A stretch of DNA of 31,406 nucleotides from IMG/VR virus record IMGVR_UViG_3300045988_018198. The stretch is one strand, 5' to 3'. The stretch's first letter is position 1; the number at the start of each line of letters is the position of its first letter. This stretch comes from a virus. Of this stretch, positions 1-7,440 are shown one piece after another. The notes beneath the pieces are model-generated. The model saw only the letters and a program-made list of their open reading frames with translations. It was not told the origin of the DNA and did no database searches. The translations under genes and the position numbers were made by a program.

Positions 1-55
1 AGCCGATCCGTGCGGAGTTCCCGGATGAGCCGATCCGTGCGGAGTCCCCGGAGGA
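1..55. repeat. Exact 55-nt terminal overlap, identical to 31352..31406
   Basis: AGCCGATCCGTGCGGAGTTCCCGGATGAGCCGATCCGTGCGGAGTCCCCGGAGGA is present at both ends. A minus-strand ORF reads in frame across the junction. Confidence 0.95.
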
Positions 56-81
56 TCCGATCTGTGCGGAGTCTTTATTGT
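1..81 (-). repeat. 27-bp in-frame tandem repeat (three units here; four units once joined with 31325..31351)
   Basis: Units of type (A/T)(G/T)CCGATC(C/T)GTGCGG(A/C)GT..CCGGA(T/G)G with 27-nt period; they encode 9-aa repeats GSSG(D/N/Y)(S/A)A(R/Q)I on the minus strand. Confidence 0.85.
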
Positions 82-427
82 TTCCGTCTTTAATTTCTTC
101 GTTTTTAAGCGAAGTTTTTTCGAGGATAAAATCAACGCAAGCTTTCACAAATCCGCCAAAGGAAAATTTTGCTCCAACTTTTAACTTTGTTGTGCAATAT
201 TTATTTTCTCTGTGCAGTGTTTCTCCCAAAGGCTCAACCTCCGCAAACTCATTCAACTCACCGTTCTCATTTACAAAACCGTAATAATCAAGAACGTCAA
301 GAGGGTTATCGCAAAAGTGCATACCGCTTTCACACATATTTGCCTTATTCTCCTCGAAAACTGTGTTTTCTGCATACTGTTTTCCTCTGCAAATCAAACC
401 ATTATTAAAACCTTTATATCCTTTCAT
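1..427 (-). CDS. N-terminal part of a wrap-around gene (continues at 31110..31351). 222-aa protein with N-terminus MKGYKGFNNGLICRGKQY.., resembling the DUF7666-type family, plus 9-aa repeats
   Basis: ATG at 427 preceded by GGAGGG. Hand translation is in frame through the junction into 31406..31110. The MxxYKGFNxxLxCRGxQY and CESGMHFC motifs are recalled from a widespread phage/plasmid family. Confidence 0.75.
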   Translation of the reverse strand, partial: MKGYKGFNNGLICRGKQYAENTVFEENKANMCESGMHFCDNPLDVLDYYGFVNENGELNEFAEVEPLGETLHRENKYCTTKLKVGAKFSFGGFVKACVDFILEKTSLKNEEIKDGNNKDSAQIGSSGDSARIGSSGNSARIG

Positions 428-471
428 CTCTCTTCTTCTCCCTCCATTTCATCAAAAACCTTCTTTTTTTC

Positions 472-648
472 TTACAATTTTATAATTTTCCAGTTTTTCA
501 AAATTGCCTCAACACTTTGATACGGGCACCACAGGCCACTCTCTTCAAAAATATAGATATAGTTATTCTTGCAAGCAGTCCTGATCTTGTATCTTTTACC
601 TTTCCTGAAACCCATGCTTCTATTTGTACCGATAAATTCAGCTATCAT
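472..648 (-). CDS. Hypothetical 58-aa protein (MIAEFIGTNRSMGFRKGKRYKIRTACKNNYIYIFEESGLWCPYQSVEAILKNWKIIKL)
   Basis: Not in the ORF track (under 60 aa). ATG at 648 overlaps the upstream TGA (TGATG); GGAGGTGAAGTG lies upstream; TAA at 472-474. Confidence 0.5.
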   Translation of the reverse strand: MIAEFIGTNRSMGFRKGKRYKIRTACKNNYIYIFEESGLWCPYQSVEAILKNWKIIKL

Positions 649-1031
649 CACTTCACCTCCTTAAGCCAGTATTCTTTTCTGCAACCGATGCAGTCATTTT
701 CTTTATAGCATTTTTCTTTGCCTTCAGCGCTCCTGATATAATTCTTATCTACAATACACGGTGCAACAGTCAATATGCCATCAGTGTTTAATTCCGCATT
801 CGGAAACATCTGCAAAAACTCGCTCTGCCGTGTCTTTTCCGGGTGCTCTTTTGACCATTTTTCAACAATTTCAACATATTTTGCAGGATCGGTTTTACGC
901 AGACTAATACATATTTCATCAGTCCCGTTGCGCTTGCTGTGACACGGACAATCAGAGCAAGTATAGTCACTTGAATATTTATATTTATCGCACATCCTGT
1001 CTTCTTCTTTCAAAAATTTCACGGCGTCCAT
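648..1031 (-). CDS. Hypothetical Cys-rich protein (127 aa, starts MDAVKFLKEEDRMCDKY)
   Basis: The track ORF 648..1073 is over-extended. ATG at 1031 overlaps the upstream stop (TAATG). Confidence 0.7.
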   Translation of the reverse strand: MDAVKFLKEEDRMCDKYKYSSDYTCSDCPCHSKRNGTDEICISLRKTDPAKYVEIVEKWSKEHPEKTRQSEFLQMFPNAELNTDGILTVAPCIVDKNYIRSAEGKEKCYKENDCIGCRKEYWLKEVK

Positions 1032-1393
1032 TATTCTTCCTCGCTTTCTTCCCATTCTATAGCCTGTCCACAATTCAGGCAGTAGTTATGATCATTTATA
1101 TTGTCTGTTGCCCAGATGTATTCTCCGCAAACAGGACATTTATAATAATCAAAATCTTTGTCAAGCGCTTCTGGCTTCTTCGGCTCTTGCTTCTCTCTAG
1201 CTTCCCGGCACTCTGCCACTGTTCCGATACTTCGATATTTCTCTATTTCTTCAAAAATAGATAATGTGTATCTCGCGGCTTCCCTGCACATCATATCGCT
1301 TCCGCTGTAAGCAGGACATTCCTCGCACACATCTTCACCAGCCATATATTTAACGCAGTGTTTTGCTGTTTTAAATATTACATTTTCTTCCAC
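1031..1393 (-). CDS. Hypothetical Cys-rich / zinc-ribbon protein; paralog of 29599..29937
   Basis: GTG start with GGAGGA 6 nt upstream. Motifs YRSIGTVAECREA..KQEPKKP, CPVCGE and CLNCGQAI are shared with the 29599..29937 product. Confidence 0.75.
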   Translation of the reverse strand: MEENVIFKTAKHCVKYMAGEDVCEECPAYSGSDMMCREAARYTLSIFEEIEKYRSIGTVAECREAREKQEPKKPEALDKDFDYYKCPVCGEYIWATDNINDHNYCLNCGQAIEWEESEEE

Positions 1394-1635
1394 GGCTCTT
1401 CCTCCTCTCTGATCCGATTCATCAGGATCCTTCCGTCACATCCCGCAAGCTCGTAAAACCATCCGGATTTGAAGAATCTCTCGCAATCATCAATCATCTT
1501 TCTTTTGCCGTTCATGATTTCCCGTTCTTTCGCCGTCCTGGCTACCTTGTGCCGCTTAAGATATCGGATAGCACCCCGATAATCTTTTTCGCTTTGCCGG
1601 ATGATCTCCAACGCCAGCCTCATGTAGAAATCCAA
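1378..1635 (-). CDS. Hypothetical protein (85 aa, RLALEIIRQSEKDYRGAIRYLKR..CERFFKSGWF)
   Basis: TTG start 5 nt after GGAGGA. Overlaps the 3' end of the upstream gene by 80 nt. Confidence 0.6.
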   Translation of the reverse strand: MDFYMRLALEIIRQSEKDYRGAIRYLKRHKVARTAKEREIMNGKRKMIDDCERFFKSGWFYELAGCDGRILMNRIREEEEPWKKM

Positions 1636-2041
1636 CGATATCCTCCTCTCTGATCGGTATTTTTTCCTCGCCCCGCTTCAAAATCTCGTAATACGTCCGG
1701 CGTGGGATGTGGTACAGCCTGGCAGTCTCCGCCGCCATCCTGTCGCAGATGTACCGGCTCCAGATCACGTTTTTTTCCTGCGTGGTAAGAAACCTGCAAG
1801 CTCGGCGAAATTCCCGCTTTATCATGACCTTTGCACTCGCCGCTTTCTGGATCGCCGTCTCCAGCTCGTCCACCCTTGCGGCGTACCCGCTGAGATCAGT
1901 GATCCCCGGTGCGTGTGGCATACCGTCATTGACCAGTCCTTTCCCGATCTGGCTCATTCTTAACTCGGCAAGGGCTTCCTCCAGATCCTTAATCCTCTGA
2001 CTCACGTTTATGTAGCTGAAAAGTATCGCTTTTTTGCTCAA
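1556..2041 (-). CDS. ArpU/RinA-like phage transcription regulator (sigma-70 region-4-like HTH)
   Basis: The C-terminal segment LTTQEKNVIWSRYICDRMAAETARLYHIPRRTYYEILKRG resembles region-4 HTH proteins of phage late regulators. Assigned by motif recall only. Confidence 0.5.
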   Translation of the reverse strand: MSKKAILFSYINVSQRIKDLEEALAELRMSQIGKGLVNDGMPHAPGITDLSGYAARVDELETAIQKAASAKVMIKREFRRACRFLTTQEKNVIWSRYICDRMAAETARLYHIPRRTYYEILKRGEEKIPIREEDIVGFLHEAGVGDHPAKRKRLSGCYPIS

Positions 2042-2271
2042 CGCTTACCTCCAAAAAGTCTTTTGATGTAGCTCAAAACCGATTCATTCCCCGGGTTATT
2101 TTTTAAATCCGCAAACATCTTTTCAAACTTCTCTTTGCAGTCTTCGCAGACAAATAAATCATAGCATTTATGATAGCCGCCAGTATATTCATGCTCTTCC
2201 CAAACATCTATTTTTAACCTTGGGTTCTCAACTATCTTTCCGCAAATATCACAGAAACTCTTGATCGCCAT
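2038..2271 (-). CDS. Small zinc-ribbon protein (77 aa, CDICG...CEDC)
   Basis: ATG at 2271 directly after the upstream stop (2273-2275); two CxxC pairs. Confidence 0.65.
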   Translation of the reverse strand: MAIKSFCDICGKIVENPRLKIDVWEEHEYTGGYHKCYDLFVCEDCKEKFEKMFADLKNNPGNESVLSYIKRLFGGKR

Positions 2272-2272
2272 G

Positions 2273-2566
2273 TTAAACCATCCTTCCCATCTGCCGGTTG
2301 ACTTTTCTTGCCATTTCTTTCTTGATATCATCATCGGATATATCAAGAAGCTCCTTAATCTGAATCAGCATGATAGTGACATCCGCCATTTCCTCAATAA
2401 CCCTGTTTCTTTCTTCGCATGGTGCTGACTTTGAAAGTCTCGTATTGCCAAAAAACCGGATATGCTTTGATATCGCCTGGATAAGTTCCGCAAGTTCCTC
2501 TATAGCCTGGCGGGTCTGACTATCATACCCGTAATGTTGAGCAATTTCCCTAATCCTTTTTATCAC
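2273..2566 (-). CDS. MazG-like nucleotide pyrophosphohydrolase-family small protein
   Basis: EELAEL..(x)..EEMADVTIMLIQI pattern typical of small all-alpha MazG-like proteins. Confidence 0.5.
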   Translation of the reverse strand: MIKRIREIAQHYGYDSQTRQAIEELAELIQAISKHIRFFGNTRLSKSAPCEERNRVIEEMADVTIMLIQIKELLDISDDDIKKEMARKVNRQMGRMV

Positions 2567-2963
2567 TATTCTTTACCTCCTTTTCCTTTACCAGATCCTC
2601 CAGCCGCCTGATCTGTAAGGTATTGGCGCAAGCCTTTCTTAAGATCCTTTCCTGCATATCTTTGATTTCTTCAATGTCATTTATTACTTCTTCCAGCTTC
2701 TTAAAGATATTCTCCAAGATCTTCGATTCCCCGCCGCCGGTCTGCGGCTCCCGGTCTGCCAGGAAATAGCCCACCGGCTTATCCAGTGTCCGGCAGATAA
2801 TGGCTTCCACATTTACCGGGACTTTACCTCCTTTGCTTTTTACAACCGTCAGATATTGAGACGACTTACCGATCATCATAGAAAAATCACCGATATTCAT
2901 TCTACGGTTTTTTATTTCCTTCTCCAGAAGCGTGGTGTTGATCCTCGTCATATTTGCCTTCAT
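2550..2963 (-). CDS. XRE/Cro-CI-type helix-turn-helix DNA-binding protein with coiled-coil C-terminus
   Basis: N-terminal ..MNIGDFSMMIGKSSQYLTVVKSKGGKVPVNVEAIICRTLDKPVGYF.. looks like an HTH_3-type domain. The ATGA overlaps the upstream stop. Confidence 0.6.
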   Translation of the reverse strand: MKANMTRINTTLLEKEIKNRRMNIGDFSMMIGKSSQYLTVVKSKGGKVPVNVEAIICRTLDKPVGYFLADREPQTGGGESKILENIFKKLEEVINDIEEIKDMQERILRKACANTLQIRRLEDLVKEKEVKNSDKKD

Positions 2964-3616
2964 TCTTGCAATAGCCTCCTTTCCAACCCTTCCATGTCGT
3001 ATTTCCTCTCCTCGAAGTTGCTGAACTTCGTCCCTGCCGTTCCTTCCGGCTTATAATCTCCCAGATAATCCAAAAACGGCGTTGAAGCACTCAGGAACGT
3101 TGCGCCCAGCTTGATATACTGCGCTTCCGTGCGCCTTGCCTTGCACTCGGCGGCGTATCTTTTAACTGCTGTCATCAGCTCGTCCTCTGAAAAACCATCG
3201 GCTAAACGCGCCTTATAGCATTTATAAGCCTTAGCCTTCTCTTTTTTTCTCGGGTACGCCTCCCAGAACTCCTCAAAAGCACACGAATATATATTATCTT
3301 TATCTTTTACCTTTTCCTTTACCTTTTCTTTTTCTTTAGGTTCCAGCTTGGTTGCATCTAGGTTAGGTTTGGTTATATCTAGGTTTTGTTTGGTTTTTGG
3401 TCTACCCCCTTTGGTTCCGTTTTCGTATCGCCGGTTATTTGCGTCTATCTGCGGTTTTGCCATACAAAACACGGTTTTTTCTATCCCACTTCCTTCCGGC
3501 TCTATCCCGTCAAGCCCGTAATTAATAATTGACATTGCACAGGCTTTAAATTGATCGGGAGGAAGGTCACGGATAGCGTTTGCAAAACTGCGATAGAATA
3601 CAACGCTGTCTCTCAC
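2960..3616 (-). CDS. Replication-associated protein: DUF6291-like N-domain plus DnaD/replisome-organiser-like C-terminal region
   Basis: FYRSFANAIRDLPPDQF...KPQIDANNRRYENGTKGGRPK and FEEFWEAYPRKKEKAKAYK motifs, recalled from phage replication modules. Confidence 0.55.
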   Translation of the reverse strand: MRDSVVFYRSFANAIRDLPPDQFKACAMSIINYGLDGIEPEGSGIEKTVFCMAKPQIDANNRRYENGTKGGRPKTKQNLDITKPNLDATKLEPKEKEKVKEKVKDKDNIYSCAFEEFWEAYPRKKEKAKAYKCYKARLADGFSEDELMTAVKRYAAECKARRTEAQYIKLGATFLSASTPFLDYLGDYKPEGTAGTKFSNFEERKYDMEGLERRLLQE

Positions 3617-3993
3617 TCTATCACCACCTCCTCTATCACCACCTCTATTCTCGGGTGCTTCCCGTCAATGAAGAAATCATCTCGAAATCCCACAATCTCC
3701 CGCCAGCCGTCATTTTTTAAAACTCTCGATTTAACAAGTGCGTCCTGGATCACCTTTCTCCCAAATGAAGAGATATTATCTAGATCCCGCCTCCGGTCTT
3801 TTTCATACCAGCGATATCGCATATAGACCGGCTTATCTATCTTCACTCGCCTTAGCTGTTCGTGGATAGCGGCTAAGATGATAGCCTCATTCTTTTCTTT
3901 CAGGTTCGCCCCCTTGTATCGGTTCATCCGGCAAGAGGCTATATATTCGTTTAAGCCGCTCAGCCTTCCGTTTATTCTCAACGTATAACGCAC
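3613..3993 (-). CDS. rusA: RusA-family Holliday-junction resolvase
   Basis: GTG start with GGGTGG 7 nt upstream. N-terminus ..INGRLSGLNEYI.. and central RRRDLDNISSFGRKVIQDALV are typical RusA motifs. Confidence 0.75.
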   Translation of the reverse strand: MRYTLRINGRLSGLNEYIASCRMNRYKGANLKEKNEAIILAAIHEQLRRVKIDKPVYMRYRWYEKDRRRDLDNISSFGRKVIQDALVKSRVLKNDGWREIVGFRDDFFIDGKHPRIEVVIEEVVIE

Positions 3994-4285
3994 TGTTCCG
4001 CCACCCTTCGAATGTCTGTTTCATTGCCATCCTTTTCGCCAGGATCGCTCTTGCCCGGTGAAGGTCTTTCGCAATGTATTCCTCAAATGCTTTCTCGTCA
4101 ACCGGGTCTCCCGGGATGGGTCTGAATATGCCCTCGCCCACGTTGATTATGCAGTCCCCGTTGTTATTTGCCTGCTCAATCATCCGCCGCAGAGACCGAT
4201 CGGTGCATTTATTCCACGGTCTGGCGATCGCATTTCTGTGACCGTCCGGGATCCTATTGAAATATTCTTCTGCGCTCTCTTTCAT
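3887..4285 (-). CDS. Hypothetical protein (132 aa from MKESAEEYF)
   Basis: ATG at 4285 with AAAGGAGAG upstream. The track start at 4399 is a TTG with no SD. The 3' end overlaps rusA by 107 nt. Confidence 0.55.
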   Translation of the reverse strand: MKESAEEYFNRIPDGHRNAIARPWNKCTDRSLRRMIEQANNNGDCIINVGEGIFRPIPGDPVDEKAFEEYIAKDLHRARAILAKRMAMKQTFEGWRNSALYVENKRKAERLKRIYSLLPDEPIQGGEPERKE

Positions 4286-4389
4286 TTCTCTCCTTTCTCC
4301 CGCCGCTCCCGTGCGCTTGCGGCGGGCGGGTGTGATACAGATATCGTGCAAAGAGGTTACCGCACGGGATGAATCAAGGTTTTTGGTTT

Positions 4390-4683
4390 CTATAGCCAAG
4401 ACTTTCCAAACTCCGCCCGGAACTCGTCCCGGGTTCCGTAGTGGGATTCGTAATAAGTCTGTGCCATTTGCTTCAAACGGAGATCCAACCCCCGGTTTGG
4501 GTTTTCGTGAACGCTGTCAAGTCCAAACTCATGCAGGTCTACCGCCAGCGGGATCACAAACCCGTATTTCTCGGACAGCTTCCTCCGGCTACCCGGAAAG
4601 ATATGGTGAATGTGGACGTGGCTTGTGCCGGTGAAATAGCAGTGTCGGAGATCATCCGTGAATACGCTATACAGCTTTTTCAT
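4390..4683 (-). CDS. Small His-Me-finger/HNH-like protein of phage recombination modules
   Basis: HVHIHHIFPGSRRKLSEKYGFVIPLAVDLHE..VHEN motif. ATG at 4683 overlaps the upstream stop (ATGA). Confidence 0.45.
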   Translation of the reverse strand: MKKLYSVFTDDLRHCYFTGTSHVHIHHIFPGSRRKLSEKYGFVIPLAVDLHEFGLDSVHENPNRGLDLRLKQMAQTYYESHYGTRDEFRAEFGKSWL

Positions 4684-5255
4684 ATTCTCACCCCATATCT
4701 TTCTTCCAGGATCCGTTTCTCGTCCGGCGTGGCGATCTCCCCATCCGGGATCCCTGCGTCCTTGCACTCCGAGATGATCCCGTCTATCAGCCGTGACATC
4801 TCCGCCGTGTTGTAGGTGCTGGATCCCCGCATGAGGCGGTAGGTTCGATAGGTTACCCCGTCCACGCCCTCCCGCACCTGAGAGGTTGGCTGGAGATGGT
4901 AGGTCTCACTTCTCACAACCTGCCGCTCCGCTTCCTCCGTGTCTGGCACAGTGGCGAAAACACTCTTGTCCCCGATCACCGCCGGGAAGCCGTAAGCAGA
5001 GATCATCCTGTTGTGGATCTCGGCATTTGATACCCGGAGGATCGCCGCCAGCTTGGTGACAAGCGTCCAGTAATAGGCGTTTGCGTCCAAGGATCGCTTT
5101 TTCTTGTATTCGCAAACCCGGATCGTGACCTTCTTCCCGTCCAAGGCTTCCATTGCCTCGTGAGCGTCCTGGTCAACCTGAAAAACCATCCGTTTTTCTT
5201 TGTGGAGCCAGTCCGTCATCAAGCTTTCTATTTTTCCCGTGTACTCAAACATCAT
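4680..5255 (-). CDS. ninB: NinB/Orf-family recombination mediator
   Basis: VTIRVCEYKKKRSLDANAYYWTLV parallels lambda NinB VVTIQERNRSLDQNRKLWACL. C-terminal SSTYNTAEMSRLIDGIISECKDAGI parallels STSRMRVGEFAELLELIQAFG. Confidence 0.65.
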   Translation of the reverse strand: MMFEYTGKIESLMTDWLHKEKRMVFQVDQDAHEAMEALDGKKVTIRVCEYKKKRSLDANAYYWTLVTKLAAILRVSNAEIHNRMISAYGFPAVIGDKSVFATVPDTEEAERQVVRSETYHLQPTSQVREGVDGVTYRTYRLMRGSSTYNTAEMSRLIDGIISECKDAGIPDGEIATPDEKRILEERYGVRI

Positions 5256-5869
5256 TCATCACCGTACCGGCCCTTGATCGCCGTCAGCATTTGCGCCGCT
5301 TCCTTCTCAGTCAGAGTCTCCCAGGTCTTCCCGTTTCCACACACCCATGCGTCCCCGTCAATCATGTGTTGATCGCAAAGCTGTTGAATAGTCTTGATCT
5401 TTGCCTTGGAAGCCAGCTTTTCAAGGCTGGACGGGATACTCGGCTCTTCAAGATCCTCTTCCTTCAGCCAGAGATCGAACCCAAGCCCGGTGTTTATAGC
5501 CACGCACTTAACGAACGCCCGGCACATGGAGTTCCAGACCCGGAACTGGCTCATGCTGTTATCCTTGACTGGATTCAAGCCATTCATGACCGGGGTCTGC
5601 ATTTCATAGACGTTTTCGTCTATGAAAACCCGGATCCGGGTTTCATAACAGCGGTTCTTATTTCCGCTCTTATCCTCAAAGACCTGGTCTGACATGATCA
5701 GGCTGGAGCCGGTCTTTTCGTCCGGGATCGGCTCCCAACGTACAACCTTCGCCCCGTGCTTGTGCAGAAGCTCCACACATCTCGACCAGGGGAGGTATGA
5801 AAGCCCGTCCCGCTTTTTGCAGTAAGGCGATACGTCCACCTTTCGCATTTCCTCATAGCTTTTCAGCAT
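5252..5869 (-). CDS. Rad52-superfamily single-strand annealing protein (Sak3/DUF1071-like)
   Basis: LSYLPWSRCVELL, MQTPVMNGLNPV and RAFVKCVAINTGLGFDLW motifs. ATG at 5869 (MLKSYEE) overlaps the upstream TAA. Confidence 0.7.
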   Translation of the reverse strand: MLKSYEEMRKVDVSPYCKKRDGLSYLPWSRCVELLHKHGAKVVRWEPIPDEKTGSSLIMSDQVFEDKSGNKNRCYETRIRVFIDENVYEMQTPVMNGLNPVKDNSMSQFRVWNSMCRAFVKCVAINTGLGFDLWLKEEDLEEPSIPSSLEKLASKAKIKTIQQLCDQHMIDGDAWVCGNGKTWETLTEKEAAQMLTAIKGRYGDE

Positions 5870-6030
5870 TACAATAACCTCCTTTGGTTTCGAATACACT
5901 CGTCACACCACTCTATGCCGTCTATATCCGTGATCCCGTCCCCTTCGTACAGCGGCTCGCCGCAGATATCGCAGTAAGACGCTGGCTTGGGATCCGGCTT
6001 ATATGCTTTCCACTCGTCATAGTCTTGCAT
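5869..6030 (-). CDS. Small zinc-ribbon protein (53 aa, MQDYDEWKAYKPDPKPASYCDICGEPLYEGDGITDIDGIEWCDECIRNQRRLL)
   Basis: Not in the track (under 60 aa). AGGAGG lies 9 nt upstream of the ATG at 6030; the TAATG junction leads into the next gene. Confidence 0.6.
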   Translation of the reverse strand: MQDYDEWKAYKPDPKPASYCDICGEPLYEGDGITDIDGIEWCDECIRNQRRLL

Positions 6031-6046
6031 TTTCGCCGACCTCCTG

Positions 6047-6235
6047 CTAAAATAACAATGATATTATTTTTTCAATGCCGCCAATCATGATCATGGCGGT
6101 GATCGGGACTGTGACGGGTGCCATCCCGGTATAGATCCCTACAGCGGTTTCCCATGCGTCTGGCAATAACCTCCTTACATTTTTTGCCAGACGCAGGAGA
6201 GCCGCTTTTTTCTTGTTATACCTTATTCTCCTCAT
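6047..6235 (-). CDS. Small basic/hydrophobic (probably membrane) protein, 62 aa
   Basis: Basic N-terminus followed by the hydrophobic stretch GIYTGMAPVTVPITAMIMIGGI. Confidence 0.5.
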   Translation of the reverse strand: MRRIRYNKKKAALLRLAKNVRRLLPDAWETAVGIYTGMAPVTVPITAMIMIGGIEKIISLLF

Positions 6236-6237
6236 AT

Positions 6238-7224
6238 CTACACCACAATCTTTACTTCTGCTCCGCCGTACTGATCTTTCAGTTTCTTAGCGGCTTCTTC
6301 TACGGTGATCTCTACAAGCTCTTCTTGCTTCCAAATACACTCGCCTCTATTTTTTAGAATGTCTTCAATGCTTGTTATTGCGGGCGATGGCAAGCAGATG
6401 TCAATAACGTCAATATCTCTTTCGCACACCCCCTTTAAATCATCATCACGCTCGGATACCCTGATAAAACCACGTTTAAGCAGGATCCGATCTTTTCCAT
6501 CAAATACGCCAACGGTTCCATCTCTTAATTTAACTGTGCAAAACGGTGTTAAGATATCCTTTGGAGTTGCAATTTTAAGAGCTTTAAACGGGAACCAAAA
6601 CCTGCCAACACCTTCCAGCTGGCAAGTATCATCTGTGCATGTATGGAAAATTCTAAAAACTTTCCCGACTGTCCAGTCCATATCTGGAACCCAATTTGCG
6701 CCATTTTCGCTTGCTTTTTGAAAAACCTTCACATAATCGCCTTCTTTAAACTTCATCTCTTTTTTCTCCTCCTTCTTTCGTCTTTCATACTCTTTATATT
6801 CTTTCTCAGTCAGGTATCTATCCCAACATTTCTTGCAAATATCATCGTCATAACACGGAAACTCGCAAAAATAAGGCTGATTAGTATAGATACCAGGTAA
6901 GCTAAACGGACAGCCTTTAACGCCTCCGAGATGATTGTGGTCGATTCTTTCAGGTTCAACCTTTTCCACATACTCCCGGTATGTGATAGCCGGATATAAC
7001 ATATCGTCAGAGTAAATCCAGCCAGATTCTTTTTCTCCTGACAACCTATAGTTTCCTGAATCCGTAAGGTCTTCTATTGTGCAAACATCCCCGCAAGTGC
7101 TCTTCATCATATCCCAAAATGAGCAATTGCAATAAATTCTTAAATCACCGCACGCTCCAAACTCTTCCTTCATGTCATCCCATTCCCGGACACGGACAAG
7201 ATCTCCTACCTTAAATTTTCCCAT
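6238..7224 (-). CDS. First early gene: 328-aa protein with two SH3-like repeats and a Cys cluster; function unknown
   Basis: ATG at 7224 with AAAGGAGG upstream. KFKVGDLVRV...WIYSDDMLYPA is repeated as KFKEGDYVKV...FWFPFKALKIA. Confidence 0.7.
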   Translation of the reverse strand: MGKFKVGDLVRVREWDDMKEEFGACGDLRIYCNCSFWDMMKSTCGDVCTIEDLTDSGNYRLSGEKESGWIYSDDMLYPAITYREYVEKVEPERIDHNHLGGVKGCPFSLPGIYTNQPYFCEFPCYDDDICKKCWDRYLTEKEYKEYERRKKEEKKEMKFKEGDYVKVFQKASENGANWVPDMDWTVGKVFRIFHTCTDDTCQLEGVGRFWFPFKALKIATPKDILTPFCTVKLRDGTVGVFDGKDRILLKRGFIRVSERDDDLKGVCERDIDVIDICLPSPAITSIEDILKNRGECIWKQEELVEITVEEAAKKLKDQYGGAEVKIVV

Positions 7225-7410
7225 GATAACCTCCTTTTTGCTTCTCCTTCCACTTCTCAAACCCGTCCACATCAAACAGGATCGGGCTATTCTTTTTCAG
7301 CGGGTTCATCTTCCAGGCGAACCGCTGACCCCTCGCCCCGGTGCGGCAACACCAAGGCGGCTATTGCGCTTCAAGAACATCAAGAAACGCTCTTTTGAAT
7401 TGACAGAAAT

Positions 7411-7439
7411 ATTATAACATGATTCTTGAAGCCATGCAA
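7411..7439 (-). promoter_or_regulatory. Near-consensus sigma-A early promoter reading leftward
   Basis: The minus strand reads TTGCAT (7439..7434), a 17-nt spacer ending TGT, then TATAAT (7416..7411), i.e. an extended -10. It lies about 180 nt upstream of the first early gene. Confidence 0.75.
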
Positions 7440-7440
7440 T

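Noticed and set aside
1-55. The 55-nt terminal repeat as a biological direct terminal repeat (physical genome ends)
   Set aside because: Its length is typical of an assembler k-mer overlap, and it falls in the middle of a coding tandem repeat with the reading frame preserved. It is therefore interpreted as a circularisation artefact of a circular or circularly permuted genome, not a packaging terminus.
3887-3993. Unusually long gene overlaps (107 nt between 3887..4285 and rusA; 80 nt between 1556..2041 and 1378..1635), considered as possible programmed frameshift sites
   Set aside because: Both downstream genes have their own good SD and start codon plus authentic-looking N-termini. No slippery heptamer is evident. 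The likeliest explanations are genuine overlaps or slightly mis-set stops. Only the homopolymer lengths are worth checking in reads.
7211-7309. 32-aa minus-strand ORF in the early 5' leader (MNPLKKNSPILFDVDGFEKWKEKQKGGYHGKI), whose tail resembles the C-terminus of small Xis/AlpA-type HTH proteins
   Set aside because: It has no usable Shine-Dalgarno, is too short to contain an HTH, and an upstream in-frame TAG prevents extension. At most it is a remnant, so it is not reported as a gene.
7172-7417. Plus-strand 81-aa ORF between the early genes and int, considered as a hidden CI-like repressor
   Set aside because: It overlaps the start of the first early gene in antisense and has a Pro/Arg/Leu-rich low-complexity translation, with no HTH pattern and no SD.
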